This document shows positions 1 through 7,151 of a stretch of 41,541 nucleotides of DNA, one piece after another (position 1 is the first letter of the stretch; each line of letters opens with the position of its first letter). The DNA comes from a virus, in the IMG/VR virus record IMGVR_UViG_3300045988_128501. The stretch is one strand, 5' to 3'. The notes under the pieces were generated by a model that was given only the letters and a program-made list of their open reading frames with translations, was not told where the DNA came from and did no database searches. The position numbers and the translations under genes were made by a program.

Positions 1-55
1 AAAAATGCCATGCCGAATTGCCAGAAAAAGCGAAGTACTGCCCTCAGTGCGGGGC
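1..55. repeat. Terminal direct repeat, copy 1 (identical to 41487-41541)
   Basis: aaaaatgccatgccgaattgccagaaaaagcgaagtactgccctcagtgcggggc is present at both window ends. Confidence 0.95.
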
Positions 56-1109
56 AAAGATCACCTCTGGCCAGGCCACGAAATCCCGCGGAAACGGCAC
101 CGGCACAGTCTACCGCCGAGGAAAAACGTGGACAGCCGCCAAGACGCTCGGCTACTACGTTTCGGAGGACAAGCTGCACCGGGAAGTGCGGACCAAGGGC
201 GGCTTCAAAACCAAGCGGGAGGCATTGGAGTATCTATCCATCCTCGGGCGAGAGCCAGCAACGAAGGCCCGCACGTTCCAGCAGGTGTACGATCTGTGGT
301 CCCCTACCCACCAAGCAAGTGCGTCCACGATGGGCTGCTACCAGGCGGCAATGAAATGGTTTAAGCCGGTTTGGGGGTATAAACTGGACTACATCACCAT
401 AGAGGATTTACAGGATTGCATGGACGATTGTCCAAAAGGGAAGCGGACGCAGCAGAATATGAAGGCCGTCTGTGGGCTGATCTACAAGTACGCTATCCCA
501 CGTGGCCTTGCGCGGCTCAACCTGGGCGAGTACTTGCGTGTAGGGGGTACGGATACCGGCCCGAGGGAAGGCCTGCCTGAGAGCGCTGTAGAGGCCTTAG
601 AGAGGGCACAAGATACCGTACCTGGTGCAGACTACGTTTTGTGTCAATGCTATCTGGGATATCGCCCGTCCGAATTGCTCACCCTAGATGCCTCGCAATA
701 CGACCGAAAGGAAAAGGTGTTCCGGTGGGGAATGAAAACCTCCGCCGGGAAAAACAGGGTTGTAACCATCTCCCCGAAAATCCAGCCAATTATTGACCGC
801 CTCACCGACAACAAAATTGGAGGGCCGATCTTCTGCCGCCAGGATGGAGGCGAGATGCCGATCGCAGAATATCGCGAGTTGTTCTACTCCGTCCTGGATG
901 CAATCGGAATGGAAAATCCAGTGAATGAATTTGGGTATCACCGGTACACTCCGCACTCCTGCCGCCACACATTTGCTACCCTGCTAAAGCGGGTGAAGGG
1001 CGCAGATAAGGACAAACTGGAACTGATCGGGCACACATCGGAGGGGATGCTGCGGCACTACCAAGACGTTGATTTGGAGGATCTCCGCAAAATAACCGAC
1101 GCCCTTTGA
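3..1109 (+). CDS. int: Tyrosine recombinase / phage integrase (5' end lies across the circular junction at 41477)
   Basis: Catalytic-type motifs YRPSELLTL, HSCRHTFAT and IGHTSEGMLRHY. The frame is open to base 3 and continues from GTG at 41477, which is preceded by AGGAGG. Confidence 0.9.
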   Translation, partial: KCHAELPEKAKYCPQCGAKITSGQATKSRGNGTGTVYRRGKTWTAAKTLGYYVSEDKLHREVRTKGGFKTKREALEYLSILGREPATKARTFQQVYDLWSPTHQASASTMGCYQAAMKWFKPVWGYKLDYITIEDLQDCMDDCPKGKRTQQNMKAVCGLIYKYAIPRGLARLNLGEYLRVGGTDTGPREGLPESAVEALERAQDTVPGADYVLCQCYLGYRPSELLTLDASQYDRKEKVFRWGMKTSAGKNRVVTISPKIQPIIDRLTDNKIGGPIFCRQDGGEMPIAEYRELFYSVLDAIGMENPVNEFGYHRYTPHSCRHTFATLLKRVKGADKDKLELIGHTSEGMLRHYQDVDLEDLRKITDAL

Positions 1110-1117
1110 ATTTGTCC

Positions 1118-1137
1118 TACTGCATACAAATTGCACA
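1118..1137. promoter_or_regulatory. Putative integrase arm-type sites (two degenerate tandem copies of tATTGCATAC)
   Basis: tactgcatac + aaattgcacac lie left of the tRNA-like core and resemble the perfect tandem pair at 1311-1331. Confidence 0.45.
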
Positions 1138-1197
1138 CAATAGAGCCGCAAACTATTGAGGCTCAAGGGGTTTGGTGTGAATGGGGTTCAAGAGGCC

Positions 1198-1225
1198 TTG
1201 AGTTCGAATCTCAACACTCGGACCA
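1198..1225 (+). other. tRNA 3'-end-like segment (T arm + acceptor strand + ACCA); probable attP core
   Basis: TTGAG-TTCGAAT-CTCAA, then CACTCGG-A-CCA. No matching 5' acceptor strand lies upstream, so this is a fragment rather than a gene. It sits directly downstream of int. Confidence 0.55.
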
Positions 1226-1310
1226 AAAGTTCCGAAAACTAACCTAAACAGGTGGTTTTTGGAACTTTTTTGTTGCTCTCTTTTTCAAATTGATTTTCGA
1301 AAAATTTGGT

Positions 1311-1331
1311 TATTGCATACCTATTGCATAC
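1311..1331. promoter_or_regulatory. Putative integrase arm-type sites (tandem TATTGCATAC x2)
   Basis: tattgcatac c tattgcatac lies right of the tRNA-like core. Confidence 0.45.
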
Positions 1332-1335
1332 ACGG

Positions 1336-1361
1336 AAAAGAGGCCCTCTGGGGCCTCTTTT
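1336..1361. terminator. Bidirectional intrinsic terminator
   Basis: AAAAGAGGCCC-tctg-GGGCCTCTTTT perfect hairpin with A/T runs on both sides. It overlaps the stop codon of the XRE gene. Confidence 0.8.
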
Positions 1362-1566
1362 ACTCTTTGTCCGGTTTGTCAAGCAGAGAACGCGGATCCA
1401 CGCCTAACACATCCGCGATAGCCAGCAGGTTTCTTGCGCTCATGTTGCCGGCATCGCTCGTTCCGAGCTCAACTCTGCGTATCTGCCGAATATTCACCCC
1501 GGAGAGATCGGCTAGCTTCATCTGGGTTAGTCCCCGCTCGATACGAGCTTCCTTCAAGGTGATCAT
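1360..1566 (-). CDS. XRE-family helix-turn-helix regulator (68 aa), last gene of cargo operon
   Basis: LTQMKLADLSGVNIRQIRRVELG is a classic HTH_3 pattern. ATGA overlap with the upstream ORF. Confidence 0.85.
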   Translation of the reverse strand: MITLKEARIERGLTQMKLADLSGVNIRQIRRVELGTSDAGNMSARNLLAIADVLGVDPRSLLDKPDKE

Positions 1567-1802
1567 TCGTAATCACCTTCCACGATGATCTCGTTGTCCC
1601 CGGAAAGTCGGAAAATTGCTATGAGGCTTCCTTTTCTGCCGACCACGACGAAGTCATCCAAGTACGGATCGTACTGGGCACCATCCTCCAGGGCCACCCC
1701 CTCGAACTCTCCGCCGGGGGCGAATTCCTCCGGATTGTTGGCGATCCATTCGTCGATCAGCATCTCCACGAGTCCCTGTCTGGGGTTGTAGTTGTCATTC
1801 AT
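1563..1802 (-). CDS. Hypothetical small, highly acidic protein (79 aa)
   Basis: AAGGAGGtaacctATG RBS. Overlaps both neighbours. D/E-rich. Confidence 0.7.
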   Translation of the reverse strand: MNDNYNPRQGLVEMLIDEWIANNPEEFAPGGEFEGVALEDGAQYDPYLDDFVVVGRKGSLIAIFRLSGDNEIIVEGDYE

Positions 1803-2163
1803 AGGTTACCTCCTTGTTTGCGTAGTCCCAATCCTGCGTCAGCGTATATGCGGGGAAATCCACCCCCTGGCAGATTACGATGCGCCCAAACATGGTGCGT
1901 CCCACGGTGGCCTCCATGATCTCCGCCTGCTCCCTTGTGATAGATCGCAGCCAGTGGAGTTTGGCCATCCGGTGAAGGTAAGACCAAAGTTCATCAGCTG
2001 CCTGCTCTTCCGTTAGAGGCTGCCCGGTGAGGATGTTTTTCGCTCCGCGCGCCAATTCAGCCTCATAGAACTGCTCTACCTTCATCCAGTCTGCCTTTAG
2101 GGCGTCAAGTACGTCAAGAATTTGGATTGTGTGCTTCCTACCCATTATCTCATGGATTCCCAT
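1795..2163 (-). CDS. Hypothetical protein (122 aa)
   Basis: GAAGGAGagagtaacATG RBS. Coupled to the downstream ORF. Confidence 0.7.
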   Translation of the reverse strand: MGIHEIMGRKHTIQILDVLDALKADWMKVEQFYEAELARGAKNILTGQPLTEEQAADELWSYLHRMAKLHWLRSITREQAEIMEATVGRTMFGRIVICQGVDFPAYTLTQDWDYANKEVTYE

Positions 2164-2182
2164 GTTACTCTCTCCTTCCCCT

Positions 2183-2482
2183 TCAAGCGGCGACGAACTC
2201 GCCGGTCATGTTGTCAACGTACCCGATCTTCTCGGTGCGCTTGCGGCTCCAAGCGTTGGTGTAGACGGCGACCTCAACATAGGTGCGGCTCTTGCCGGCC
2301 TTGTTCCAGTCATTCACGCGGACCTTGGTGTTCCAGTCGATGCCAGCGGCGACATCTTCGGCGGTGTTGACGGCCTTGGCCAGGGCCCAGGCGGCGCGCA
2401 GCGCGGTGCTCATGCTGACGTTGTTGGCGCGGCGGATGTTCCAGGCGTTGGTCATAATCTCGTGCATGTTGTACTTCTTCAT
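2183..2482 (-). CDS. Hypothetical protein (99 aa), first gene of cargo operon
   Basis: cAGGAGGaaagcgcaATG RBS, downstream of a consensus promoter. Confidence 0.7.
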   Translation of the reverse strand: MKKYNMHEIMTNAWNIRRANNVSMSTALRAAWALAKAVNTAEDVAAGIDWNTKVRVNDWNKAGKSRTYVEVAVYTNAWSRKRTEKIGYVDNMTGEFVAA

Positions 2483-2523
2483 TGCGCTTTCCTCCTGGGG
2501 TTCTCCCCCTTGATCTTGTCTAT

Positions 2524-2552
2524 ATTATAGGCTAATTTTAGCCTATTTTCAA
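2524..2552 (-). promoter_or_regulatory. SigmaA-type promoter of cargo operon (TTGAAA-17-TATAAT)
   Basis: On the minus strand TTGAAA lies at 2552-2547 and TATAAT at 2529-2524. The spacer is filled by a palindromic operator. Confidence 0.7.
2530..2543. promoter_or_regulatory. Operator-like palindrome GGCTAA-tt-TTAGCC, copy 1 (inside promoter spacer)
   Basis: 14-bp sequence ggctaattttagcc, repeated exactly at 2577-2590. Confidence 0.6.
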
Positions 2553-2576
2553 TTCGCAAAGTGCCCAAAAATAATG

Positions 2577-2590
2577 GGCTAATTTTAGCC
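2577..2590. promoter_or_regulatory. Operator-like palindrome GGCTAA-tt-TTAGCC, copy 2
   Basis: Exact second copy, 47 bp from copy 1. Confidence 0.6.
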
Positions 2591-2599
2591 CACTTGCAC

Positions 2600-2640
2600 A
2601 AAAAGAAAACCCCCGATCTGAGTGATATCTCAGTCGGGGG
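2600..2640 (-). terminator. Intrinsic terminator ending the late (lysis) operon
   Basis: On the minus strand CCCCCGACTGAG-atatca-CTCAGaTCGGGGG is followed by TTTTCTTTTT. Confidence 0.8.
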
Positions 2641-2647
2641 CTTTGTG

Positions 2648-2911
2648 TCAGGTTGTGTGTTTTACGCGGTCCTCCACCTCTGCCCGCTTGGCATCGTTGA
2701 ACCGGCCCAGGTCTCCTACCAAGTAACCGGTGATTCGGCGGATGCGCTGGAAAGGTACTCTCTCGAATACGGGTGTGATGCCGTACTCATCGGGGGTGCC
2801 TGTACTGCGGATGGAGATTTCCACGACCTTGCGGCCTTCTTCCTGCTCCATCATGGCGATGGCTGCCCGAACGATTTCCTCCGGGATGTTGTCCGGATTG
2901 TGGATGATCAT
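2648..2911 (-). CDS. Stand-alone NrdD-type glycyl-radical domain protein (87 aa)
   Basis: The C-terminus RIRRITGYLVGDLGRFNDAKRAEVEDRVKH matches the class III RNR pattern RxxGYLG..FNxGKxxExxxRVKH. The start ATG overlaps the endolysin stop (ATGA). Confidence 0.75.
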   Translation of the reverse strand: MIIHNPDNIPEEIVRAAIAMMEQEEGRKVVEISIRSTGTPDEYGITPVFERVPFQRIRRITGYLVGDLGRFNDAKRAEVEDRVKHTT

Positions 2912-3687
2912 TTGAGTAACCCCAGTCTGCCGAGAATAGCCATAACCTCGTTGCGCTTCATGTGGCGTACGGGGGAAGTGCCATCGGAGACGCCGGCCTC
3001 TTGGGCCTTCTCCCACCAACCTTCCTCCTTGGACCAGTCATCATCCGGCAGGGTCGCAGCATGGATCTCGGCCTTCTTTACCAGCTCGTAGGCCTGTTCG
3101 TTGGTCATCTCTGCCAGCAGTTTGTTGATATCCATATCCTCATCTTCTCCTTTCAGGCGAGCGTTCACGCGCTCTGCGATTTCACCATATTTCCCGAATA
3201 AGTAGTTCCCCGGACAACTTTTTCCCTTGTCCGTGGTGTACCGGTGGGGCACCATATTGCACACCGCCCAGTTTCCCGTGAAAGCCGGGCAATACTGCTT
3301 GCCTTCCTTCCAGATCAATTTCTTGATGCCATTTCGCTGGCAGATGTCCACGCAGAGGTCGATCAGGCTCTCAAAGGCGGCAGCCGTACACTCGTAGGGC
3401 TCTTTGTAGGCCTGGATACTGGATACCTCGATGGTGACCACCTCGTGGTCCACCCTGTGGGAGCAACACCAGGCACGGTTCTCTTCCAGGACATACTGCC
3501 CAATCCGTCCGTCGGGGCCGATGCCGTAATGACTGGAGGCTTCGGAGGTTTGGAATACCTGCCCACATCCCTCCACACTGCCAGGCCCGGCCATAGTGTG
3601 GATAGAGATGCCCTTGATCTTATCCTGTCTGGGCTTCGTGCAGTGGGGGGACAATTTCGTGTATGCAACTAGCTTACTATTACTCAC
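2908..3687 (-). CDS. N-acetylmuramoyl-L-alanine amidase endolysin (Amidase_2/PGRP type) with a C-terminal SLH-like putative wall-binding segment
   Basis: GISIHTMAG, HYGIGPDGRIGQYV and ENRAWC motifs. GTG start with AGGAGG. Directly follows the holin. Confidence 0.85.
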   Translation of the reverse strand: MSNSKLVAYTKLSPHCTKPRQDKIKGISIHTMAGPGSVEGCGQVFQTSEASSHYGIGPDGRIGQYVLEENRAWCCSHRVDHEVVTIEVSSIQAYKEPYECTAAAFESLIDLCVDICQRNGIKKLIWKEGKQYCPAFTGNWAVCNMVPHRYTTDKGKSCPGNYLFGKYGEIAERVNARLKGEDEDMDINKLLAEMTNEQAYELVKKAEIHAATLPDDDWSKEEGWWEKAQEAGVSDGTSPVRHMKRNEVMAILGRLGLLK

Positions 3688-3898
3688 CAGTACTCACCTC
3701 CTGTTTCACCTCCGGCAGCCCTGCCACGGATGTTAACAGCGACAGCACGCCAGCCAGCACAGCGGTAGAAACCACGGTAATCCAGTTGACATCCGACAGT
3801 ACCGCAGACGCCCCGATTGCCGCCACCGCAGCCTGTGCGCAGGTTTTGATGGCTCGGACACCTGCAGCGCGCCACCATGTTTTCCACTTTTCGCTCAT
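3680..3898 (-). CDS. Holin (phage r1t-like holin family)
   Basis: RAIKTCAQAAVAAIGA...VNW...LLTSVAGLPE resembles r1t-type holins. Two hydrophobic segments. Located upstream of the amidase. Confidence 0.8.
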   Translation of the reverse strand: MSEKWKTWWRAAGVRAIKTCAQAAVAAIGASAVLSDVNWITVVSTAVLAGVLSLLTSVAGLPEVKQEVSTGE

Positions 3899-4227
3899 TT
3901 CTTCACTTCCTCTCCGTGCATTGGGAGCCGGTCTATCTCCTCCATAACGGTTTTGAGATGCCCGTTCCCCCCAAGATTTTTGTACGCTTGGTACATTTCA
4001 ACCAAATTTTCCTTCTCGTCCAGAGTGATGTGCCCTCGGATGATGTAGCACTCGCCGAGATACCGCACCCGATCAATCATGAGCACTTTTTGCGCCTCCA
4101 GAAGGGCATCCAATTTTGTGCTTGTCCCCTTCTTCACGGCCCACCTGTGGTTCAGGATTGCCACAATAATGGCGGATAGGCCGGAGCTGCCAAACACAAT
4201 GCCGAGTAGATACATGATGTGGTCCAT
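3895..4227 (-). CDS. Membrane-anchored lysis-cassette protein (N-terminal TM helix), function unknown
   Basis: N-terminal LLGIVFGSSGLSAIIVAIL hydrophobic helix. Coupled to the holin. Confidence 0.65.
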   Translation of the reverse strand: MDHIMYLLGIVFGSSGLSAIIVAILNHRWAVKKGTSTKLDALLEAQKVLMIDRVRYLGECYIIRGHITLDEKENLVEMYQAYKNLGGNGHLKTVMEEIDRLPMHGEEVKK

Positions 4228-4238
4228 GGGGTGTTAAA

Positions 4239-4565
4239 TCAGGTAGGCCCGCTTATGGCTCCGTTACCATAAACGTAAATTAGGTACTGTGTATAGGCAT
4301 CAATATAAGCTTCAGTGCCTTGTATTACAGACAATCCGCCGCTCAAATAGTCTTGATACATATCAAAAGGCGCAACAGGTAAAACAAAGGAACCGTTTTT
4401 AACCTGTATCGAAAAAGGGGCGGTTGTAAAATCTTTAAAGGATGAAGTGCCATCCGGAGAGATGTAATAAATACCATACTTAGGGGTTGAGGTCCTGTTT
4501 ACATCCACCTGTATCGTTGCTGTTTCCACACTCCCGCTCCCCACAACACTAGGATTCTGAATCAT
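4239..4565 (-). CDS. Small tail-fibre-adjacent protein; paralog of 26622-26908 and 26936-27238
   Basis: Starts MIQNPSVVGSGSVETATIQV and ends YVYGNGAISG, compared with MINNPVV..GGGGVATIAY and FVYGNVDITG in the distal copy. AT-richer than its flanks. Confidence 0.7.
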   Translation of the reverse strand: MIQNPSVVGSGSVETATIQVDVNRTSTPKYGIYYISPDGTSSFKDFTTAPFSIQVKNGSFVLPVAPFDMYQDYLSGGLSVIQGTEAYIDAYTQYLIYVYGNGAISGPT

Positions 4566-4576
4566 AACGCACCTCC

Positions 4577-5581
4577 TTAACTCAGCGGTTGTATAACGAC
4601 ATACACGGTCAGATTACTTGTAGGCACAGTCTGACAGGTAAATGTCAAACTGTTTGCAGCCTGCCCAGTACACATGATCCCGGCCTCATAATACGCAGAC
4701 TGAGATGCAATAGCGGGTGTTGGCGTAATGAGTTGGGCGGTCTCAGACGCAACCACACCGGAGACTGTGACGGTCTGGGTGTTGGAGGACCAGCCGGAAG
4801 TGGTGAGGGTGACGGTGACGGAGGTGGGGGCCTTGGAATCGACGTAGGCTTTGTTGGCGGCGTCGGCATTGTAAACGGGATCTAAAAGTCCGGATATCAT
4901 AACAAAATCATCATTTTCGACATCATAGAAGCTTACTGTTGCGTACCCTGCATCATATTCCACGTTTTCTTTGACAACTTTCCCATTACCAGTTTCAAAA
5001 TTTAAATATGGGGATCTGTTGACATCTGAGACAGCCCCAGTCGAGTGTGTATTTTTCAGCGTTAATGCTGTCGAAGGCGCATCGACTTCTATCGTCCCCC
5101 CCGTCAACTGCAAATACCTTTCATCCGCTTGCTCTTGGGTGAGGCCGGGCGTAACGCTAATGGTGCCATCCTCGGCTACTTCCACACCCTCTCCGATTTT
5201 GACACCGCCGATTTTGGTGATGGTTGCGGGAGGGAGGATGATTGGTGTGGCGCCGGAGATGATACCATCTACCTCGTCAGATACGGTTTTAAGGTCGGAC
5301 TGGCGCACGGCGTCGGTCGGCTGGGTGGGCGCACTGACATTGGTAATACGGTGACCACCCATGTTGAGGTCGCCGGTCATGGGGACGGAGCCGTCCGCCT
5401 TAACATCGCCTGTCTCGGGCGGAGTCTGGGCAACGGCATTGCCCTCTTCGTCGAACCCCACCACTTGCCCGGACTGACCGGTCAGTTTGTCCTGCTTTCC
5501 GTCCCATGTGGATTCTTTGTTCTGTACGGCCCCGACGGCTGCGTCAACCTGAGGGCCGGTATATGCACTGTTATATGCCAT
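4577..5581 (-). CDS. Tail fibre protein
   Basis: MTGDLNMGGHRITNVSAPTQPTDAVRQSDL is a common tail-fibre motif. Confidence 0.8.
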   Translation of the reverse strand: MAYNSAYTGPQVDAAVGAVQNKESTWDGKQDKLTGQSGQVVGFDEEGNAVAQTPPETGDVKADGSVPMTGDLNMGGHRITNVSAPTQPTDAVRQSDLKTVSDEVDGIISGATPIILPPATITKIGGVKIGEGVEVAEDGTISVTPGLTQEQADERYLQLTGGTIEVDAPSTALTLKNTHSTGAVSDVNRSPYLNFETGNGKVVKENVEYDAGYATVSFYDVENDDFVMISGLLDPVYNADAANKAYVDSKAPTSVTVTLTTSGWSSNTQTVTVSGVVASETAQLITPTPAIASQSAYYEAGIMCTGQAANSLTFTCQTVPTSNLTVYVVIQPLS

Positions 5582-5585
5582 GTAA

Positions 5586-5960
5586 TCACCTCATTACGAG
5601 ATATTCCAGCCCATCGGCTGTCAGCATTGTGTCTGTCTGTCCGCTCGGAATGAATCCCCAGTTGTCATTCCAACTGCCGTCCATTCCCTGTGCGTAGAGG
5701 GAGATGCGATAGTCTCCGTCTCCATTAACGAGGTCTGCATCGTAAACCTCAAACGTCCGGGACGTCCCCGCCGGGGTCTGGGAGAAGGACGCCACAAGGA
5801 CGCCCTTTCCCAGACCCCAATCCTCTCCGAGCTTGGTCGCACGGCACTCAAATGCCTGGTACGGCGCGTCAGCGGAGAAGGTGACGGAGATGTAGTTGAA
5901 CCCGGACTCATCCGAGATTTGTGTCCCGGAAACGGAGAAGTCCAGATTCGGGGCGGACAT
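5586..5960 (-). CDS. Hypothetical tail-fibre-region protein (124 aa)
   Basis: Coupled ORF inside the tail-fibre cluster. Confidence 0.65.
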   Translation of the reverse strand: MSAPNLDFSVSGTQISDESGFNYISVTFSADAPYQAFECRATKLGEDWGLGKGVLVASFSQTPAGTSRTFEVYDADLVNGDGDYRISLYAQGMDGSWNDNWGFIPSGQTDTMLTADGLEYLVMR

Positions 5961-6622
5961 CAGGCCACGCTCCAGGTACCGGCGGCGTTGCGGACGAAGA
6001 CCTTAACGATCTTGACGCCATCGCCGGAGGAAGCAGTCTCCAGATCGGTGCCCTTGATGGTAACCTGGATGTTGGTGTCGGCCTCATAGCCACCCTCAGA
6101 CCCGCTGGTGTTGGTGGACCCGGCGGTGGTGGGGATGACAGTGCCGTCGGCCTGGGTGGCAGAGGAGGAAGCGACAACGCATACCTTGTACTCCTCGAAG
6201 GCCACGTCGGACATGAAGTTGATGATTGCGGTGTCGAAGCCTTTAACCTCGGAAATGACGGACTTGTCGGGGCCGGTGACAGAGACGGTGGGCACGGAGG
6301 TGTCCAGAGTGATGGTGTCAGAGGCAGCGGTGGTTTCGTTGCCAACAGCATCGCGAACCTTGACATAGACCGTCTTGAGGCCATCACCAGTGGGCAGGGT
6401 AATGGAGCTGGACTTCTGATAGGTCTCCCAAGTGGCGGCATTTTCTTCGGCGACGCCTGCGGTGCCCCAAACTTTCATCTGGTAGCCGTTGGTATCTTCG
6501 TCGCTCAGAGATACGGCCAGGGTGACGGCAGTGGTGGTGGTGTAAATGTCGCTGTCATTCAGAGTGATGGACAGGCCAGAAGGGGCGGTGGTGTCCAGGG
6601 TAAGGTTGAAATAAGATGCCAT
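5960..6622 (-). CDS. Ig-like (bacterial Ig fold) domain tail-associated protein
   Basis: LDTTAPSGLSITL and TLDTSVPTVSVTGP repeat starts are typical of Big-like domains. Confidence 0.65.
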   Translation of the reverse strand: MASYFNLTLDTTAPSGLSITLNDSDIYTTTTAVTLAVSLSDEDTNGYQMKVWGTAGVAEENAATWETYQKSSSITLPTGDGLKTVYVKVRDAVGNETTAASDTITLDTSVPTVSVTGPDKSVISEVKGFDTAIINFMSDVAFEEYKVCVVASSSATQADGTVIPTTAGSTNTSGSEGGYEADTNIQVTIKGTDLETASSGDGVKIVKVFVRNAAGTWSVA

Positions 6623-6627
6623 GTTAC

Positions 6628-6777
6628 TCAGTCTTCTTTGTTCTTTGATTTTTCGAGTTTGATGTATACGTAGCTTCCGGGGCGGTTGTAGATGGTCGTG
6701 CTGCCGACCTTTGCGGTCTTGATTCCCATCTGCCCGACCATGAGGGAGGTGATCGGATCCTTGCCATTGTAGACCAC
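6628..6777 (-). CDS. Small hypothetical protein (49 aa; below the ORF-track cutoff)
   Basis: GTG start preceded by GGGGGTGAGG. Translates VVYNGKDPITSLMVGQMGIKTAKVGSTTIYNRPGSYVYIKLEKSKNKED. Fills an otherwise empty gap. Confidence 0.45.
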   Translation of the reverse strand: MVYNGKDPITSLMVGQMGIKTAKVGSTTIYNRPGSYVYIKLEKSKNKED

Positions 6778-6782
6778 CTACC

Positions 6783-7139
6783 TCACCCCCTCAGCAGATA
6801 CAACGTGTTTTCGTCCGGATTATCCAGATCTGCATAGTCTGCTTGGTCCATGACACGGATGGTCGAGATTTCGGGGGACGATACGTTACCGGTCCCTCCG
6901 CCTCCACCCGAAAGCAGAGTCAACGTCCCGGATGTGTCCGAAATCATATAAGCGGAGGCACTCCCGTTCTCGACCACGCCGATGATTTGTGAAACATACG
7001 CAAGCGGACTTGTTCGGGCATAAGCTTGTGCCGCCTCGAACGAGTCAAACTTGGAGTATCGGTCGAGAGGAAATCCATCCTGCCTGGAAATGCTGAGAGG
7101 GAACTCCATAAATGGGAAGCTGTCAAGATTTACTGCCAT
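6783..7139 (-). CDS. Hypothetical tail-region protein (118 aa)
   Basis: ORF in the same-strand structural cluster. Confidence 0.65.
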   Translation of the reverse strand: MAVNLDSFPFMEFPLSISRQDGFPLDRYSKFDSFEAAQAYARTSPLAYVSQIIGVVENGSASAYMISDTSGTLTLLSGGGGGTGNVSSPEISTIRVMDQADYADLDNPDENTLYLLRG

Positions 7140-7151
7140 GATCTACCCTCC

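Noticed and set aside
1-55. The terminal 55-bp direct repeats as attL/attR of an integrated prophage
   Set aside because: The repeat lies inside the integrase reading frame and joining the ends restores its RBS and N-terminus. No host genes flank the element. A circular-contig overlap explains this better.
1156-1225. A complete tRNA gene next to int
   Set aside because: Only the T arm, 3' acceptor strand and CCA can be folded. No complementary 5' acceptor strand (CCGAGTG-like) or D and anticodon arms could be built from the 70-90 nt upstream.
5096-5102. C7/G7 homopolymer inside the tail fibre gene as a phase-variation site
   Set aside because: The reading frame is intact across it (it encodes part of LTGGTIEV), and no alternative frame or RBS arrangement suggests switching. 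It is noted only as a possible sequencing-error hotspot.
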